Source: Octopus sinensis
Lineage: Eukaryota
Reading direction: 5' to 3'
NCBI RefSeq assembly: GCF_006345805.1
Contig: NC_043019.1
Location: 3,906,001 to 3,970,000 of the forward strand
DNA: 64,000 nt
The notes under the pieces are model-generated. The model was given only the letters and a program-made list of their open reading frames with translations. It was not told where the DNA came from and made no database searches. Shown here one piece after another: positions 26,724 through 63,703 of the stretch (the stretch's first letter is position 1; each line of letters opens with the position of its first letter). The translations under genes and the position numbers were made by a program.

Positions 26724-27534
26724 TTAGATGACTGTGCGCCGAATTCTGCGTGATACCAGCAGATGTTGCTAGACACACGATTTTGACTGGGACTTCTGGA
26801 TCTTCGACGGTGAGTGGACCTTGATGAACTGTTGCTGCGCCGCCGGTGTGTTTCCAAGGTCCAGTTTTCTAGCCTGTTTGTGAGGGCTTTAATTTGACCA
26901 GCCTGCTCCCTGATCATAGCTCGCAGCTCTGCAATCTCGGAGGTAGAGTCTGGGGACGCTTCGAAAGGGTTCGTCCGATGGTTGATTTGTGCCACAGAAG
27001 AAAAGGGGTTTGACACCTCAGCGATTCTATCTGCGACACGCGCAAGTTCCTCCGGAGTTGTTGTGTCGGTGGTCGACGCCAGAATGCTCTGCATTGGTAA
27101 GGGCAGGCGCTGTAGAAAAAGCCTTTTCGGAACCTCTTCTGACAGCGGTTGGTCCTCCATCAGCTGTCTCAATTTACGCAGCAGTTGGGACGGGTTTCTG
27201 TCCCCCAACTCTTCTGCAGACACGAGTTGGTTGAGTCGTCTCTGCTGTGATGCGGTAGTTTGCATCATTAATTCCTTGCGGAAAGCTTCGTACGACACCG
27301 TGCCTGGCGGTGCCATGACTAGGTCTCTCACCTCAGCCAATACTTCTGGTGGGACTGACCCAATGATGTGCGTGAGTTTTGCAGAGTCGTGCTTGATACT
27401 ATTCGTGGCGAATTGTGCTTCTATGTGGACGAACCACAGGGCTGGGTCGCTGGACCAAAAAACGGGACCTTCATGGTTAAAGCTTCTTGCCTGGTTGGTA
27501 TATCGGCCTCTGTTGTTGGTTTTGGCGTGTCCAT
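26663..27534 (-). CDS. gag: Gypsy Gag (frameshift near the N-terminus); [22 protein letters not shown] motif
   Basis: ORF 26663..27340 plus upstream ATG 27534 and a [10 protein letters not shown] segment typical of CsRn1 Gag. Confidence 0.88.
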
Positions 27535-27568
27535 GCTGATTCTTGATATGCTGTTCGCTTGATTCGTT

Positions 27569-27581
27569 GTCGGGGTCACCA
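27569..27581 (-). promoter_or_regulatory. Primer-binding site complementary to the tRNA-Trp 3' end
   Basis: Minus strand TGGTGACCCCGAC, 2 nt from the 5' LTR; complements GTCGGGGTCA-CCA of eukaryotic tRNA-Trp. Confidence 0.88.
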
Positions 27582-27583
27582 AT

Positions 27584-28170
27584 TGTAGCGGGTACGATTC
27601 TTGGCCACTACTTCTGGTCTGATCTGAGGGTAGCCCTTAAAAGGATGGTTATCGCGATTAGACCCGATCCAAGAATAGTCCTAAAAAGCACTGTTATCGT
27701 AACTAGATCGGATCTGAGAGTAATCCTAAAAAGGACTGTTATCGCATTCAGATCAGGCTTGAATTAGCCCTGAGAAGGACTGTGGTCGTAATCAGCAAAA
27801 CTGGACAGACGAAAGCAGTAGTTGAAATGACGAGCAGACAAGAGGTGTAAGTTTATACAGCGATTTATTTCAGGCGTGAAATAGCAGTACAAAGGTTCGA
27901 GGCGGCGTGAGTGGCGAGCGTGGCAGGCGAGACGGAACCGATTTACATCAGTCGAGTGCCAAAAATCCAACTACCTTCACAGCGATTTTTCATGTCTATT
28001 TATACAAAAATATCAGCAGTGATGTTTAGCCAGTGTCCAATAGAATGGCAGGTAGGTAGCTATTGTCCAATGAAAGGTCAGGCAAGTCGCTGGGGGTAGT
28101 TGCTTTGTTTTCTCTGGTGATGGCAGATGTATTTCCGGTGTCCGTGCAAGTTACTTCCGGTGACTGTACT
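27584..28170 (-). repeat. Gypsy 5' LTR (587 bp; 3 copies of a 45-bp unit)
   Basis: Direct repeat of 22709-23340; begins tgtagcggg on + strand next to the PBS. Confidence 0.92.
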
Positions 28171-28381
28171 TATATATATTTCTTTACTGCCCAGAAGGGG
28201 CTAAACACAGAGGGGGCAAACAAGGACAGACAAATGGATTAAGTCGATTATATCGACCCCAGTGCGTAACTGGTACTTATTTAATCGACCCTGAAAAGAC
28301 TATGTTTGAAATCATCTATTGAACTGACCACACCTATAATGTAGTCAATCATACCAAAAATGTAAAATCATAAACCATTCT

Positions 28382-52610
<24,229 letters not shown>

Positions 52611-53599
52611 ACTGATACTTTAGAAATTTCTTTCGTCTTTCTGAATTTTCAAAAGCTGGAATTCTGGTGAAGATAAACAGAAGAGATAATTGTTGTGTCA
52701 TGGGATAAAGTGGAACCCTCAACTATGTATGATGCTTAGAAAAATAAAATTTTATAAATTTTCCACAAGAACAAAGTCTACATCAAACTTAGGTGATGGG
52801 ACACTTGCAAATGATGGAGGGTTCGAAGAAGTCGTAGAGGATTCTGCTGTTGAATTGCTCGTGTCCCAGATAGATTGTTAATTAATCAAGGAACTGACTT
52901 TGTTAGATCAAGAGTAAAATGAGTAATGGTCGTGCTGGATATCTTGGAAGTTTCCTTTACATCTTTGAAACTGAAACCAAAAAAGATTAGTATGACTGGA
53001 AATAAAAATAAGAGCTTTTTACGGTTATCTCTTTAGATTTTCGGGAGAAATTGTAACCAGCAGTGGTTTGTTATGGTGTTTTGTATCCGAAGCAAATGAG
53101 TGCTGGCTATAATTTCTTTAGGAAATCTTTAGAGATGTCTTTAACATGTGATTTAATAGCACTGCTAACACAGGAGAAAACAGTATTGACTTATAAAAGT
53201 ATTTAATATATTTTGCTGTATATTCATCATCATCATCATCATCGTTTAACATCTGCTTTCCATGCTAAACAGATGGCTGCACCAGGCTCCAATCTGATCT
53301 GGCAGAGTTTCTACAACTTGATGCCCTTCAGCTGGATGTCATCGGCACGAGGGCCAGTCAGGCGGTACTGGCAACGGCCACGCTCAAATGGTACTTTTTA
53401 TGTGCCAGCTGCACAGGAGCCTGTCCAGCGGCACTGGCAACGACCTCGCTTGAATGTTGTTTCACATGCCACCAGCAAATGTGCCAGTAAGTTGCTGACA
53501 TAATTGTTTCTCGTACGTATGTATGTATGTGTGTGTATGTATGTGTGAACGTATGAACATATGTATGTGTACGTGTGCTTGTGTGAGCAAGCGCATACT

Positions 53600-53641
<42 letters not shown>

Positions 53642-54006
53642 TGTGTGTGCATGCATGTGTGTATTATCATTGAAAGCGGAGACAGATGCACACGTAACTG
53701 GAATTCCACACAGGTTTTAACAAAATGAGCTGTGAGTCATCAGTATACATGCACAATTGTACAAACGGGGAGAGAGAGAGAAGGAGAAAGAGAGAGAAGG
53801 AGAGAGAGAAGGAGAGAGAGAAGGAGAGAGATAGAAAGACAGAGAGAGAGAGAGTAAGAGAGACTGACTGACAGTCAGAGACAGACAGAGACAGAGACAG
53901 GGAAACAGTGATATTAATCACATCCTTATTCGAGTGTAAAGTATTATTACCCAAAAATGAATTCTAGATAATGTTTCATTCTGAGTGTTAGGACATTATC
54001 ACGGCC

Positions 54007-54307
54007 AGATTATATCATAACACTGAGATTATATCATAACACTGAGATTATAGCATAACACTGAGATTATATCATAACACTGAGATTATATCATAACACT
54101 GAGATTATATCATAACACTGAGATTATATCATAACACTGAGATTATATCATAACTCTGACATTATATCATAACGCTGAGATTATATCATAACACTGAGAT
54201 TATATCATAATACTGAGATTATATCATAACACTGAGATTATATCATAACGCTGAGATTATATCATAACACTGAGATTATATCATAATATTGAGATTATAT
54301 CATAACA
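54007..54307. repeat. 19-bp minisatellite (gagattatatcataacact), ~16 copies
   Basis: Read directly. Confidence 0.93.
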
Positions 54308-54499
54308 ATGCAAGAACAGAACTATTATGAAGAAAACTAGTTTCAGTTTTACAATTTTCAGTTAGGGGCCCAGTCCCTCCGAACGTCTTAAATGCCACAA
54401 GTTGGAAGAGAATGTTCACTGTTAGGTCCCAATACTTCAGGGTTTTCTTCTATTCGGCTACGGAAGCAGTAACCCTCCCATTAATTGCAGCATCCAGGA

Positions 54500-54715
54500 T
54501 GTGGTGGGGAAAAAATGAATTTCAGACTGTGGTGTCCCAAATGAGGGGCTTACCTCTGACCCAGGGACAGAGGGTAAGACCATCTGGTCTCTTTCCACCA
54601 CTTCGGGATAACCCCAACGGCTCCTGGACTGAGGAGATATTAATCTGTGCCAGGGTTTGCTTAATAATTAGGTTTAGCTTGATGTGATGAGCAAAACAAA
54701 CCAGCATTTGGGTGG
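54500..54715 (-). mobile_element. CRE-like non-LTR restriction-like endonuclease fragment
   Basis: EPLGLSRSGGKRPDGLTLCPWVRGKPLIWDTTV (ORF 54522..54809). Confidence 0.72.
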
Positions 54716-55869
54716 TAAGACAGACCTGTGGGGTTGAAGGGCCTACTAAATTTCTCTCACTCTCTCCTCCTGCATCTAGCAGCTCACCCGCGGCAGACCA
54801 ACGTCCCATCCAGGAGGAGAACCTATACGTCCTTGAAACCGGGAAACTGGTCCTTAGGAGCCAGGAATGGCTCGAGAAGGAACAAACAACAACAACAACT
54901 TACATCTAAAGCAAAATGTTTTCAAGTCCCCTTGAAATACTATTGTGGGTCCCCAATTCACTATTTTGTTGTGTAGACCCTAAAGGAACTTTTATGGACC
55001 CTGGTTGAGAACCACCGATCTAGACTGAGTAGACCCCCAATGTGGCCACAGGCATCAATCCAGTTCCCCAGAATTTTGGATGAGCTGAAATTAGGTGACA
55101 CCTTGACATTTGATCAGATTGATCAAGGAGAGAGTTGAGAGTGGCACCTGAATGTAGATTGTCCCACACTCTCTATTTCCGTCTATCCTCCACTGTACCC
55201 GGAAACCCAAGGTCTCTCCACTGACAGACCCAGCTCTGGAGGAGAGAGGATGTTGCCTACCAGAGGGGAACAGGCGTGGTTGGAATATGGTGTTTTGTGT
55301 GTGTGTGTGTACAACATGTTCGCGGTCCAGTGACTGAAACAAATAAAAGATATTTAAAATAATAATCACCTGCTCCTGATGTTGATGTACTTTAAACTCC
55401 CTTCAATCCTGAACAAGCAGACCCATAGGTTCAATAAGACGTCTTAGCTATAACCACCACCTCTTATTTTAAAACACTGTGTATCTAGGGCTACATAATC
55501 CAATGTGCCTACATTATTTATCTTCTCCAATTTTTAACGACAACAGCGGTTGATGTAAATGTGGAAAAACTGAAATTTTCTTCTTCATTACCTCACGAAA
55601 ATTACACACTGAATGAATATCCGGGTGGGTTATTCCCCACTCCCTGTCACAGTCTAATTACTCTATCGGCTCAAGTGTTCTATATAATTTGATAGCCCCC
55701 AGATTTTGATTCGTTGTCTATATCTTTCTCCACTCTCTCTCTTTATTTTCATGTCACTCTCTCTCTTTCTTCCTTTCTTTCTTCCTTTCTTCCTTCCTTT
55801 CTTTCTTTCTCTCTCTCTCTCTCTCACTCTCCCATCTCATATTTCTCCAGTCACTGCCAGGAGCACTCT

Positions 55870-55909
55870 CTCTCTCTATCTCTATCTATCTATCTATCTA
55901 CCTATCTAT

Positions 55910-55959
<50 letters not shown>

Positions 55960-55960
55960 G

Positions 55961-56015
<55 letters not shown>

Positions 56016-56020
56016 CTCTC

Positions 56021-56064
<44 letters not shown>

Positions 56065-56077
56065 CCTATCTATCTAC

Positions 56078-56108
<31 letters not shown>

Positions 56109-56109
56109 C

Positions 56110-56144
<35 letters not shown>

Positions 56145-56145
56145 C

Positions 56146-56186
<41 letters not shown>
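55870..56186. repeat. (ATCT)n microsatellite
   Basis: Read directly. Confidence 0.95.
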
Positions 56187-56229
56187 ACTTTTCTTCGTAT
56201 ATCTTTCCTGTATCTGTCTAGTATTTAGT

Positions 56230-56870
56230 ACTATCAGAGAGACTATGTGACATTTCAAATGCTGTATGCACGGATCTCAAACGCCTACCTGCTTCATCTC
56301 TTCCCAGGTAGGGAAACCTGTCGACATCACTATTTCTGTGGAGATTTCTGGTTGACATCAGAACCTTGCGGGTGTTAATGTCTATGCAGTGGATTTCTTC
56401 TACAGACCAGTCAAGCGTCCCAAATGTTGGAATTGTTCCACGAATTTATGTATTTGTTGGAGGTACTCGAAGTTTTTTAAGAGATAGTTTTTCAAGAGAA
56501 CATCCTGCTTACCAGAGAACATACTGCATAACCATTCCAGTTTACCAGTTCCACTCGAACCGTCTAACACATACCAGCAGAGAAATCGGGTGCTAGATGA
56601 TGATGATGATGTGTGTGTGTGCATGTGCGTGTGTGTGTGAGTGTCCATGCGTGTGTGCATGCATATGTGTTGTCTTTGTTGCGTAGCCTGCTGCTACGTT
56701 GACTGAGATCTCTAATGGAAGACATTCCGACCACGACCTGTTCAACTTCTAACATTTATCTACAACAAAATTCCATAAAGTGTCCTTCCTTTTTCAAGAC
56801 AACAAGATGCATTCAGATGGAGCTTCACTATTTCTAGCAGGTCAGCCAACCACTTAGAGACACAGCCTTG
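56230..56870 (-). mobile_element. R4/Dong-like RT C-terminal fragment, degenerate
   Basis: Hand translation IDINTRKVLMSTRNLHRNSDVDR resembles the conserved HP.SDVDRLY segment. Confidence 0.55.
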
Positions 56871-56919
56871 TCTGTCTGTGTGTTTATTTGTATAATTGTA
56901 TATGTAGACGTGTGTGTGT

Positions 56920-56998
<79 letters not shown>

Positions 56999-57775
56999 TG
57001 TGCATCGGAGAAGATTGTATGTGTTTACTTGTTTTAGAATATACTAGTGTAGGCTATATGTGTGAGCATGTCTGTGTATATTGATACAGATTGATTGTAT
57101 GTACGTATTTATGTATGTATGTATGTATGTATGTATGTATGTATGTGTGTATGTATGTGTGTATGTATGTATATATATATATATATGTATATATTTATGT
57201 CAGGTCACTTTTGAGTGCTACTGGTAACATGTAACCCAGTACAACCTGTTGCATGGTCGGGTCGTCGGCGACTAAACCGGCAACCCCACCAAGCTTGTTT
57301 GGTGAGGAGGGTGTTTATTGGACACCGTGCGGGATGAAAAACAAAACCCGTCAAAGGGCGGAGGAACTCTTGAGAGTCAACGGCCATCCAATAAATGTCT
57401 TAAGGCTGTATCATGCGCGGGGACATAGAAATAATCGGACTGAATACCCGATCGCGCGGTAAAACCATTGGGAGTGAAGGACTCCTAGCCTTTGTTAGGA
57501 CATCCTTCTAGGAGAAGGTAACTCATGTAACTGGGATAACTCCGACATAAAACCTGCGGCTCAGTGGTTACCGATTATGTTGACTTGTTCTTCTTTTCGG
57601 ATTATGGCTGCTGTTGCTTAGTGAGTGGGATTGACTCAGTGCACAGCCTTTCCTCAATTTAAAAAAAATCTTCTTGCACAGGCATTGCACGATAACAACA
57701 TTGATTAAGCTTCGTGCAATGGCCATACTCGATAACGAGGGGGCAGCCACCATGTATGTATGTATGTATGTATGA

Positions 57776-57829
<54 letters not shown>

Positions 57830-58255
57830 GTGTGCTTTTGTCTGAGCATGTGTAGGGCAGTTGTGGAAGATGGAGGCCGTTCTCAAAACGCTGAACGTTA
57901 TGAAGGCGGTAATAGAGGACCAAGACATGTGGTGCATTCCTGTACTTGAGAAGTCTCACCTACCACAACAGAATTGAGATCCTAAAACGAAGGTGCATGT
58001 AAAAAGCGTTGGTGTGGGTGCTGGTGTCACGTAAAAAGCGCCAAGTACACTCTGTAATGTGGTCGGCATTAGGAAGGACATCCAGCCATAGAAACCAATA
58101 CAAAACAGACAGTGGAACCTGGTTTGGTCCCCGGCCTTTACCAGTTCCTATCAAGCCATCCAGCTCCTGTCAAAATGGAAAAGGGACCGTAAATGTTGTG
58201 GCTGCTGCTGCGTATGAGTGAATTGAAGTAAGGTGTAGAATGTGTGTGTGTGTGT

Positions 58256-58297
<42 letters not shown>

Positions 58298-58315
58298 ATG
58301 TCTGTGATATAGGTG

Positions 58316-58700
58316 TGGTGGCACAATGGCCCAGTGCTTAGGGCAGCGGACCCCCAGTCGTAGGATCGCGGTTTCGATTCTCAGACCGGGCGTTGTGAGT
58401 GTTTATTGAGCGAAAACACCTATGGTTCCTCGAGGCACCTACAAGGGGTGGTGGCGAACTCTGCTTCACTCTTTCACCAGAACTTTCTCTCACTCTTTCT
58501 TCCTGTTTCTGTTGTACATGTACTTCAAAGGGCCAGCCTTGTCACAATCTGTGTCACGCTGAATCTCCCCCGAGAACTACGTTAATGATACACGTGTCTG
58601 TGAATTACTCAGCCACTTGCACGTTAATTTCACGAGCAGGCTGTTCCTTTGATCGTATCAACTGGGACCCTCGCCGTTGTAACCGACGGAGTGCCACGTA
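58316..58700 (+). mobile_element. tRNA-derived SINE with long conserved body
   Basis: Head shared with 20247; body gagaactacgtt...cacgttaatttcacgagcaggctg. Confidence 0.7.
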
Positions 58701-59093
58701 AAGACATTGGTGCAAATATCTTGTACTTCATCTCTAGGAGGAGATAACTCCTGAAAAAGGAACGTAACTCAAGGTACACTCAACTCTGAAGTATTAGATA
58801 AAAATGTATACCAAATTAACTACTGGGGTTGATATCGAAGTAAGTGCTACAGCATGACCACAGTCCAGTGACTAAATCCAATAATGTGACATGACTAATC
58901 AGAGGGCTCCTGTGAATTTTTGGAGGGAAGCAAGGATGAACTGAATTATATTTCCCTCAGTACATAACTGGTACTTGCTCTATTAAACCTGAAGTGATGA
59001 ACAACTAAGTAAACTCCAGCAGGATTTTGATACCCAACATAAAAAGGGCCATTCAACTTCTTAAAACCCGGAAAAACCGTTACTGCAGAAACC

Positions 59094-60230
59094 TGTAGCG
59101 TAGTTCGGGGATATTCTCACTGTTTGAGAGATATATTAGAAATGATATCGCGTTAGATAGCAACCATTTTCGGCTATTTGGATCCTGTTGTCCACTACTC
59201 TCATTGGTTGGCATTGGCGTAGTTTGTCTCTTGACTTATTTCGCGCCAATGTGTGAACCAACCAATCAGAACTTTCCAATATAATCACGTGACACAGTCT
59301 TTTGGATTTTCTTCTGGAGCCTCTAGCAGGTTATAAAAGGCGCCAGCAAATCACAATATCTTGGTCTTTGGTTCTAGTCCTTCTAAGGACTAACCTCTGA
59401 CCACAGAGCAACTCAACCAGGTTCCAGCGACTCAACCAGTTCCAGTTCCAGCGACAGACAACATGCAACAACTCAGGACACTTTCTCCACCGTCGCCATC
59501 ACCATCGTCATCTTCACTCATGACGCAGTCATCAACACCAACGCCAAGTTTATCGTCACCCTTCAACTTCATGTCGTCTCCCCCAACGCCTATATGTACA
59601 CAGCAACTCCCTCTGGTTTAGCTTATACGCAATTGTGATATTCACCAAGGTTAACAGCACAGCCCCACCGGCGAGATCTTCTGTACCAATGGAATCTCAG
59701 CACAGCATTGAAGCCACAACCGCTACACGACATGTGTTCAACCGGCATTCCGCACTTGTGACCCCCAACATCCTGTTCCAGAACGTACTGCGATCGTGTA
59801 CCTGTACGAACAGGTATTTATCTCCGTCTGAAATATCCTGAGAGACTCTTTTCTATGCTCTGTATTTTGTCTAACACGCATACACCTTGTTTGTATTTAT
59901 TTTCACTCTTGTAACGCTCACACGAACACACAGACACAAACACTTGTTGCATGCACCGTTGTTATACTTACAATGGACACACAGACACACATGTGCACGC
60001 ACTCATACACTACACTCTGCTACCACCCATACTTTATCCTATTGTACACTTCTGTAAATAAAAGCTATCTTTCTCTCAAGCAGTAGAACGGTTGTGTCGT
60101 CTTTCTTATTTATTTTGGCACTTATTCATTTATACCGTATATTTCACTTATTCTTAGCAGGGTGACCGTGCGGCGTTCAAAAGGAAACATTTCTATCACC
60201 AACTCCTTTACGTGCGGTCGTTTTACTACA
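59094..60230 (+). mobile_element. Probable solo LTR (~1137 bp) inserted into the mariner
   Basis: TGTAG...CTACA ends, CCAAT boxes, CACGTG, TATAAAA 59332, AATAAA 60057; no clear TSD. Confidence 0.55.
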
Positions 60231-60692
60231 AGTATGTTGACATGAAATTGCCAAAATGTACAAAAAAAACCTTTTACTCCTCCGTCCAAACTGGTTAAAA
60301 GAAGGGGGCCAGCCATTCTTCATGACAATGCTCGACCACATGTTTCACTAGAGACGCTCCAGAAGTTGAAGGAACTTGGCTACGACGTTCTTCCCCACCC
60401 AGCCTATTCCCCAGACCTTTCTTCTAACGACCATCACTTTTTCAAGCACCTTGATGGTTTCTTGCGAGAGAAGGAGTTCAAAAATCAAACTGATGCTGAA
60501 AGTGCGTTAAAACAGTTCATCAGCTCCAGAACTCCAGGTTCTTATGCTACCGGAATAAACAAACTTTTCACTCGTTGGCAAAAATGTGTTGATTGTAATG
60601 GTACTTGGATGAATAAAATTTCCGCACTGTTGAAATATACTGTGATGAATTTCATGTTTCAAAACGTTGCTTACTTTTTACTCAGCCTGACA
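60231..60692 (+). mobile_element. Mariner transposase 3' part (5' part at ~59040-59093)
   Basis: HDNARPH, LPHPAYSPDLSSNDHHFF, RWQKCVDCNG; ends in a TIR-like sequence followed by TA. Confidence 0.85.
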
Positions 60693-60703
60693 TAGATACA
60701 TAG

Positions 60704-60806
<103 letters not shown>

Positions 60807-60947
60807 GGTATGTTGGTGCCGACAGGAAAAATAGAACTCAAAATATGAGTATATGTATATTTTTATTAATATTAAGCAGAAGTAACAAAGTGACTCAAGA
60901 TTGAGAAGTGCCAACGCATGAAACTCTGGGACCCCGAGTCACGCTGT

Positions 60948-60986
<39 letters not shown>

Positions 60987-61025
60987 TTGAAAAAGGAAAA
61001 TACCCACACTTACATAGTTTTAATA

Positions 61026-61246
61026 TAATTTTTAATATATCGACAGGTTTCGCTATCGCTATTTATGATATTATGTTTCACTTATTTGAATATATATTTA
61101 TTCTTAAGAAGAAATTTTGTGCATGTTTTGTATGATGAAATTTACGAGTGAATGACTTCAAGTAGATAAATAAAGGGAGGTAATTGGTTGTCGTTATTAT
61201 TGTTCATGAATAGCGATAGCGAAACCGGTCGATATATTAAGAATTA
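61026..61246. repeat. Inverted repeat (~42-bp arms) with A3-U8-type hammerhead remnants
   Basis: 61026-61067 vs 61204-61246; ATGAATA GC GATA GC GAAA CCGG TC GATAT at 61206-61235. Confidence 0.8.
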
Positions 61247-61478
61247 TATTAAAACTATGTAAGTGTGCGTATTTTCCTTTTCTAATTTCTTATATACATT
61301 ATACTCACCACGTGGGGATAATCGAAATTCCTCTTTTCTGTTACTACTACTAGATATATATATATATATATATATAGATATATAATTAAATACATACATA
61401 TATACATCCATCCATCCATCCATCCATCCATCCATCCATCCATCCATACATACATACATACATACATACATACATACA

Positions 61479-61583
<105 letters not shown>

Positions 61584-61652
61584 TTGAAATTTACAGAAAA
61601 ACCAAAGACGAAAGCAGGTGTATTACTTTGGCGCTCGGGAAAGTGAGAATGT

Positions 61653-61688
61653 CTTTTACGTTTCAAGCCTACGCTCTTCAACAGAAAG
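61653..61688 (-). ncRNA. Hammerhead-like motif (A6U family), GUA site
   Basis: CTTT-CTGTTGA-A-GAGC GTAG GCTT-GAAA-CG-TA-AAAG on minus strand. Confidence 0.5.
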
Positions 61689-61765
61689 GAACACGAGGAA
61701 ATAAACAGAGAGAGCATAAAAACTTTTGGAGTTAGCGGTCAATGATATATATGTATGTATGTATG

Positions 61766-61797
<32 letters not shown>

Positions 61798-61799
61798 TG

Positions 61800-61872
<73 letters not shown>

Positions 61873-61875
61873 ATA

Positions 61876-61933
<58 letters not shown>

Positions 61934-61936
<3 letters not shown>

Positions 61937-62131
61937 AATCAAAATAAGCAACAAGGATATCCAAAGTAGTGTAGTACAATCGCTTCATGCTACTTCATTT
62001 TATTAAACACTGTAAGTATTACATCAGTCGTGCAATCTTCAGTCACATATAGAATTTTTTAATAAAATGAAGTAGCATGAAACGATTGTACTACACTACC
62101 TTGGATATCCTTGTTGCTTATTTTGATTATA
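61934..62131. repeat. Inverted repeat (~73-bp arms, ~50-bp spacer)
   Basis: 61934-62007 vs 62058-62131; the spacer has CTGAAGATTGCA on the minus strand. Confidence 0.88.
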
Positions 62132-62410
62132 ATCACCCCATTTGATTTATATGGATAATAGCATACCAAATTTTGGTGCCTTTAACTAAAGTACCATATT
62201 CATCTGAAACTAAATTTTGCTGAACATATATATATATACATATATAATGTATACAAATTATATATATATGTATATAAATACAGATATATACACTTTGTAT
62301 ATATACATTATATATACATATTTATATATAGAACACACACACACACTCACACACACACACTTATATAAATTAACCCAATAAATATCTGATTCATAATATT
62401 TGTTCTCATG

Positions 62411-62503
62411 ATTGTGTGGTGCATGTGGCGATGTGTGGTGCATGTGGCAATGTGTGGTGCATGTGGCGATGTGTGGTGCATGTGGCGATGTGTGGTGCAT
62501 GTG
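62411..62503. repeat. 19-bp minisatellite (atgtgtggtgcatgtggcg), ~5 copies
   Basis: Read directly. Confidence 0.88.
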
Positions 62504-63289
62504 TTCTCTCTATGAATACAGACAGGTGTAGAGAGAGAGAGTGTGAAAGCGCTGTCGAATACGGTGGGGTAAGATATAGGACGCTGTGAAACGACGTTAT
62601 AGAGAGAACGTGAAGGGAAAGGAGGAAAGAGAGAGACACGGAGGAAGACAGATACATAAAAGAATGAGAGGAGACTTGTCAAAGTGTGCTTTTTTTTGCC
62701 CTACCAACGACACCTTTTAAGGTAGGGATTTCTAATCTAGCCCAGTCTCATCCTCACCTCATTTTAGATGGCACTGTAAATTTTGGAGTCAATCCGACGG
62801 GATCTAGTGCCCTTTAACCCGTTCCAATGCCAAAACCAGACAAACAAACTTTTTGCATTTCATAATTATAGATATTGATATATATATATCATATGTAACG
62901 GATAATGCATATGCTGGAAGGCAAAGATGATGTTGATTTCACGAAAGAAAAAACAATGGCCAAAGTTGTAAATAACATATTTATTTTTCCATTACATATA
63001 ATTAAAACCAAACCACGACGGGCAGACGTGTATAAAAACAGTTGGATAGCATACGAGGTAACAAGAGTTATATTTTCTTGAGAAATGTGGATAGCGTTCG
63101 ACTTACTTATTCTCTGTCGATCGAGCAGCCGTGAGTAAGAAAGTAAGATACAGGACAACTGCATCGTTGGTGAATTCCATAGCTGTCCCTCTATGACGTT
63201 CTGTGGAGACGGTATTTGGAACCGGTCGGCCTGCTCTTTGTCTGTTGTCTCCCCAAATGTTTGTATTTATAGTAATATACTTGTCTACT

Positions 63290-63703
63290 CTAGGGGCTAG
63301 TAAAAAAAAAAAGAGAGGACAAATGAGGATAGACAAACAGATTAAGTCGATTATATCGACCCCCAGTGCGTAACTGGTACTTAATTTATCGACCCCGAAA
63401 GGACGAAAGACAAAGTCGACCTCGGCGGAATTTGAACTCAGAACGTAACGACAGACGAAATACTTATTTCTATTTCTTTATTGCCCACAAGGGGCTGAAC
63501 ACAGAGGGGACAAACAAGGACAGACATAGGTATTAAGTCGATTACATCGACCCCAGTGCGTAACTGGTACTTAATTTATCGACCCAGAAAGGATGAAAGA
63601 CAAAGTCGATCTCGGCGGAATTTGAACTCAGAACGTAACAACAGACGAAATACCGCTCAGCATTTCGCCCGGCGTGCTAAGGTTTCTGCCAGCTCGCCGC
63701 CTT
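63290..63703 (-). mobile_element. SINE family 1, dimer
   Basis: Two body copies, one head. Confidence 0.85.

Larger units (their letters stand above)
22709..28170 (-). mobile_element. Full-length Ty3/Gypsy LTR retrotransposon, CsRn1 (Kabuki/Boudicca-like) clade, degenerate
   Basis: Two LTRs, tRNA-Trp PBS, PPT, Gag with CHCC motif, PR-RT-RH-IN order, TATA flanks on both sides. Confidence 0.93.

Noticed and set aside
26982-27539. 185-aa antisense ORF over gag
   Set aside because: A shadow frame of a GC-richer coding region with no motifs.
57205-57600. Possible LINE 5' UTR (RTE-like)
   Set aside because: Resemblance is limited to a short ctaggagaaggtaactc motif and no adjacent ORF was found.
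59464-59622. 52-codon S/P-rich ORF inside the solo LTR
   Set aside because: Short and low complexity, with no independent support.
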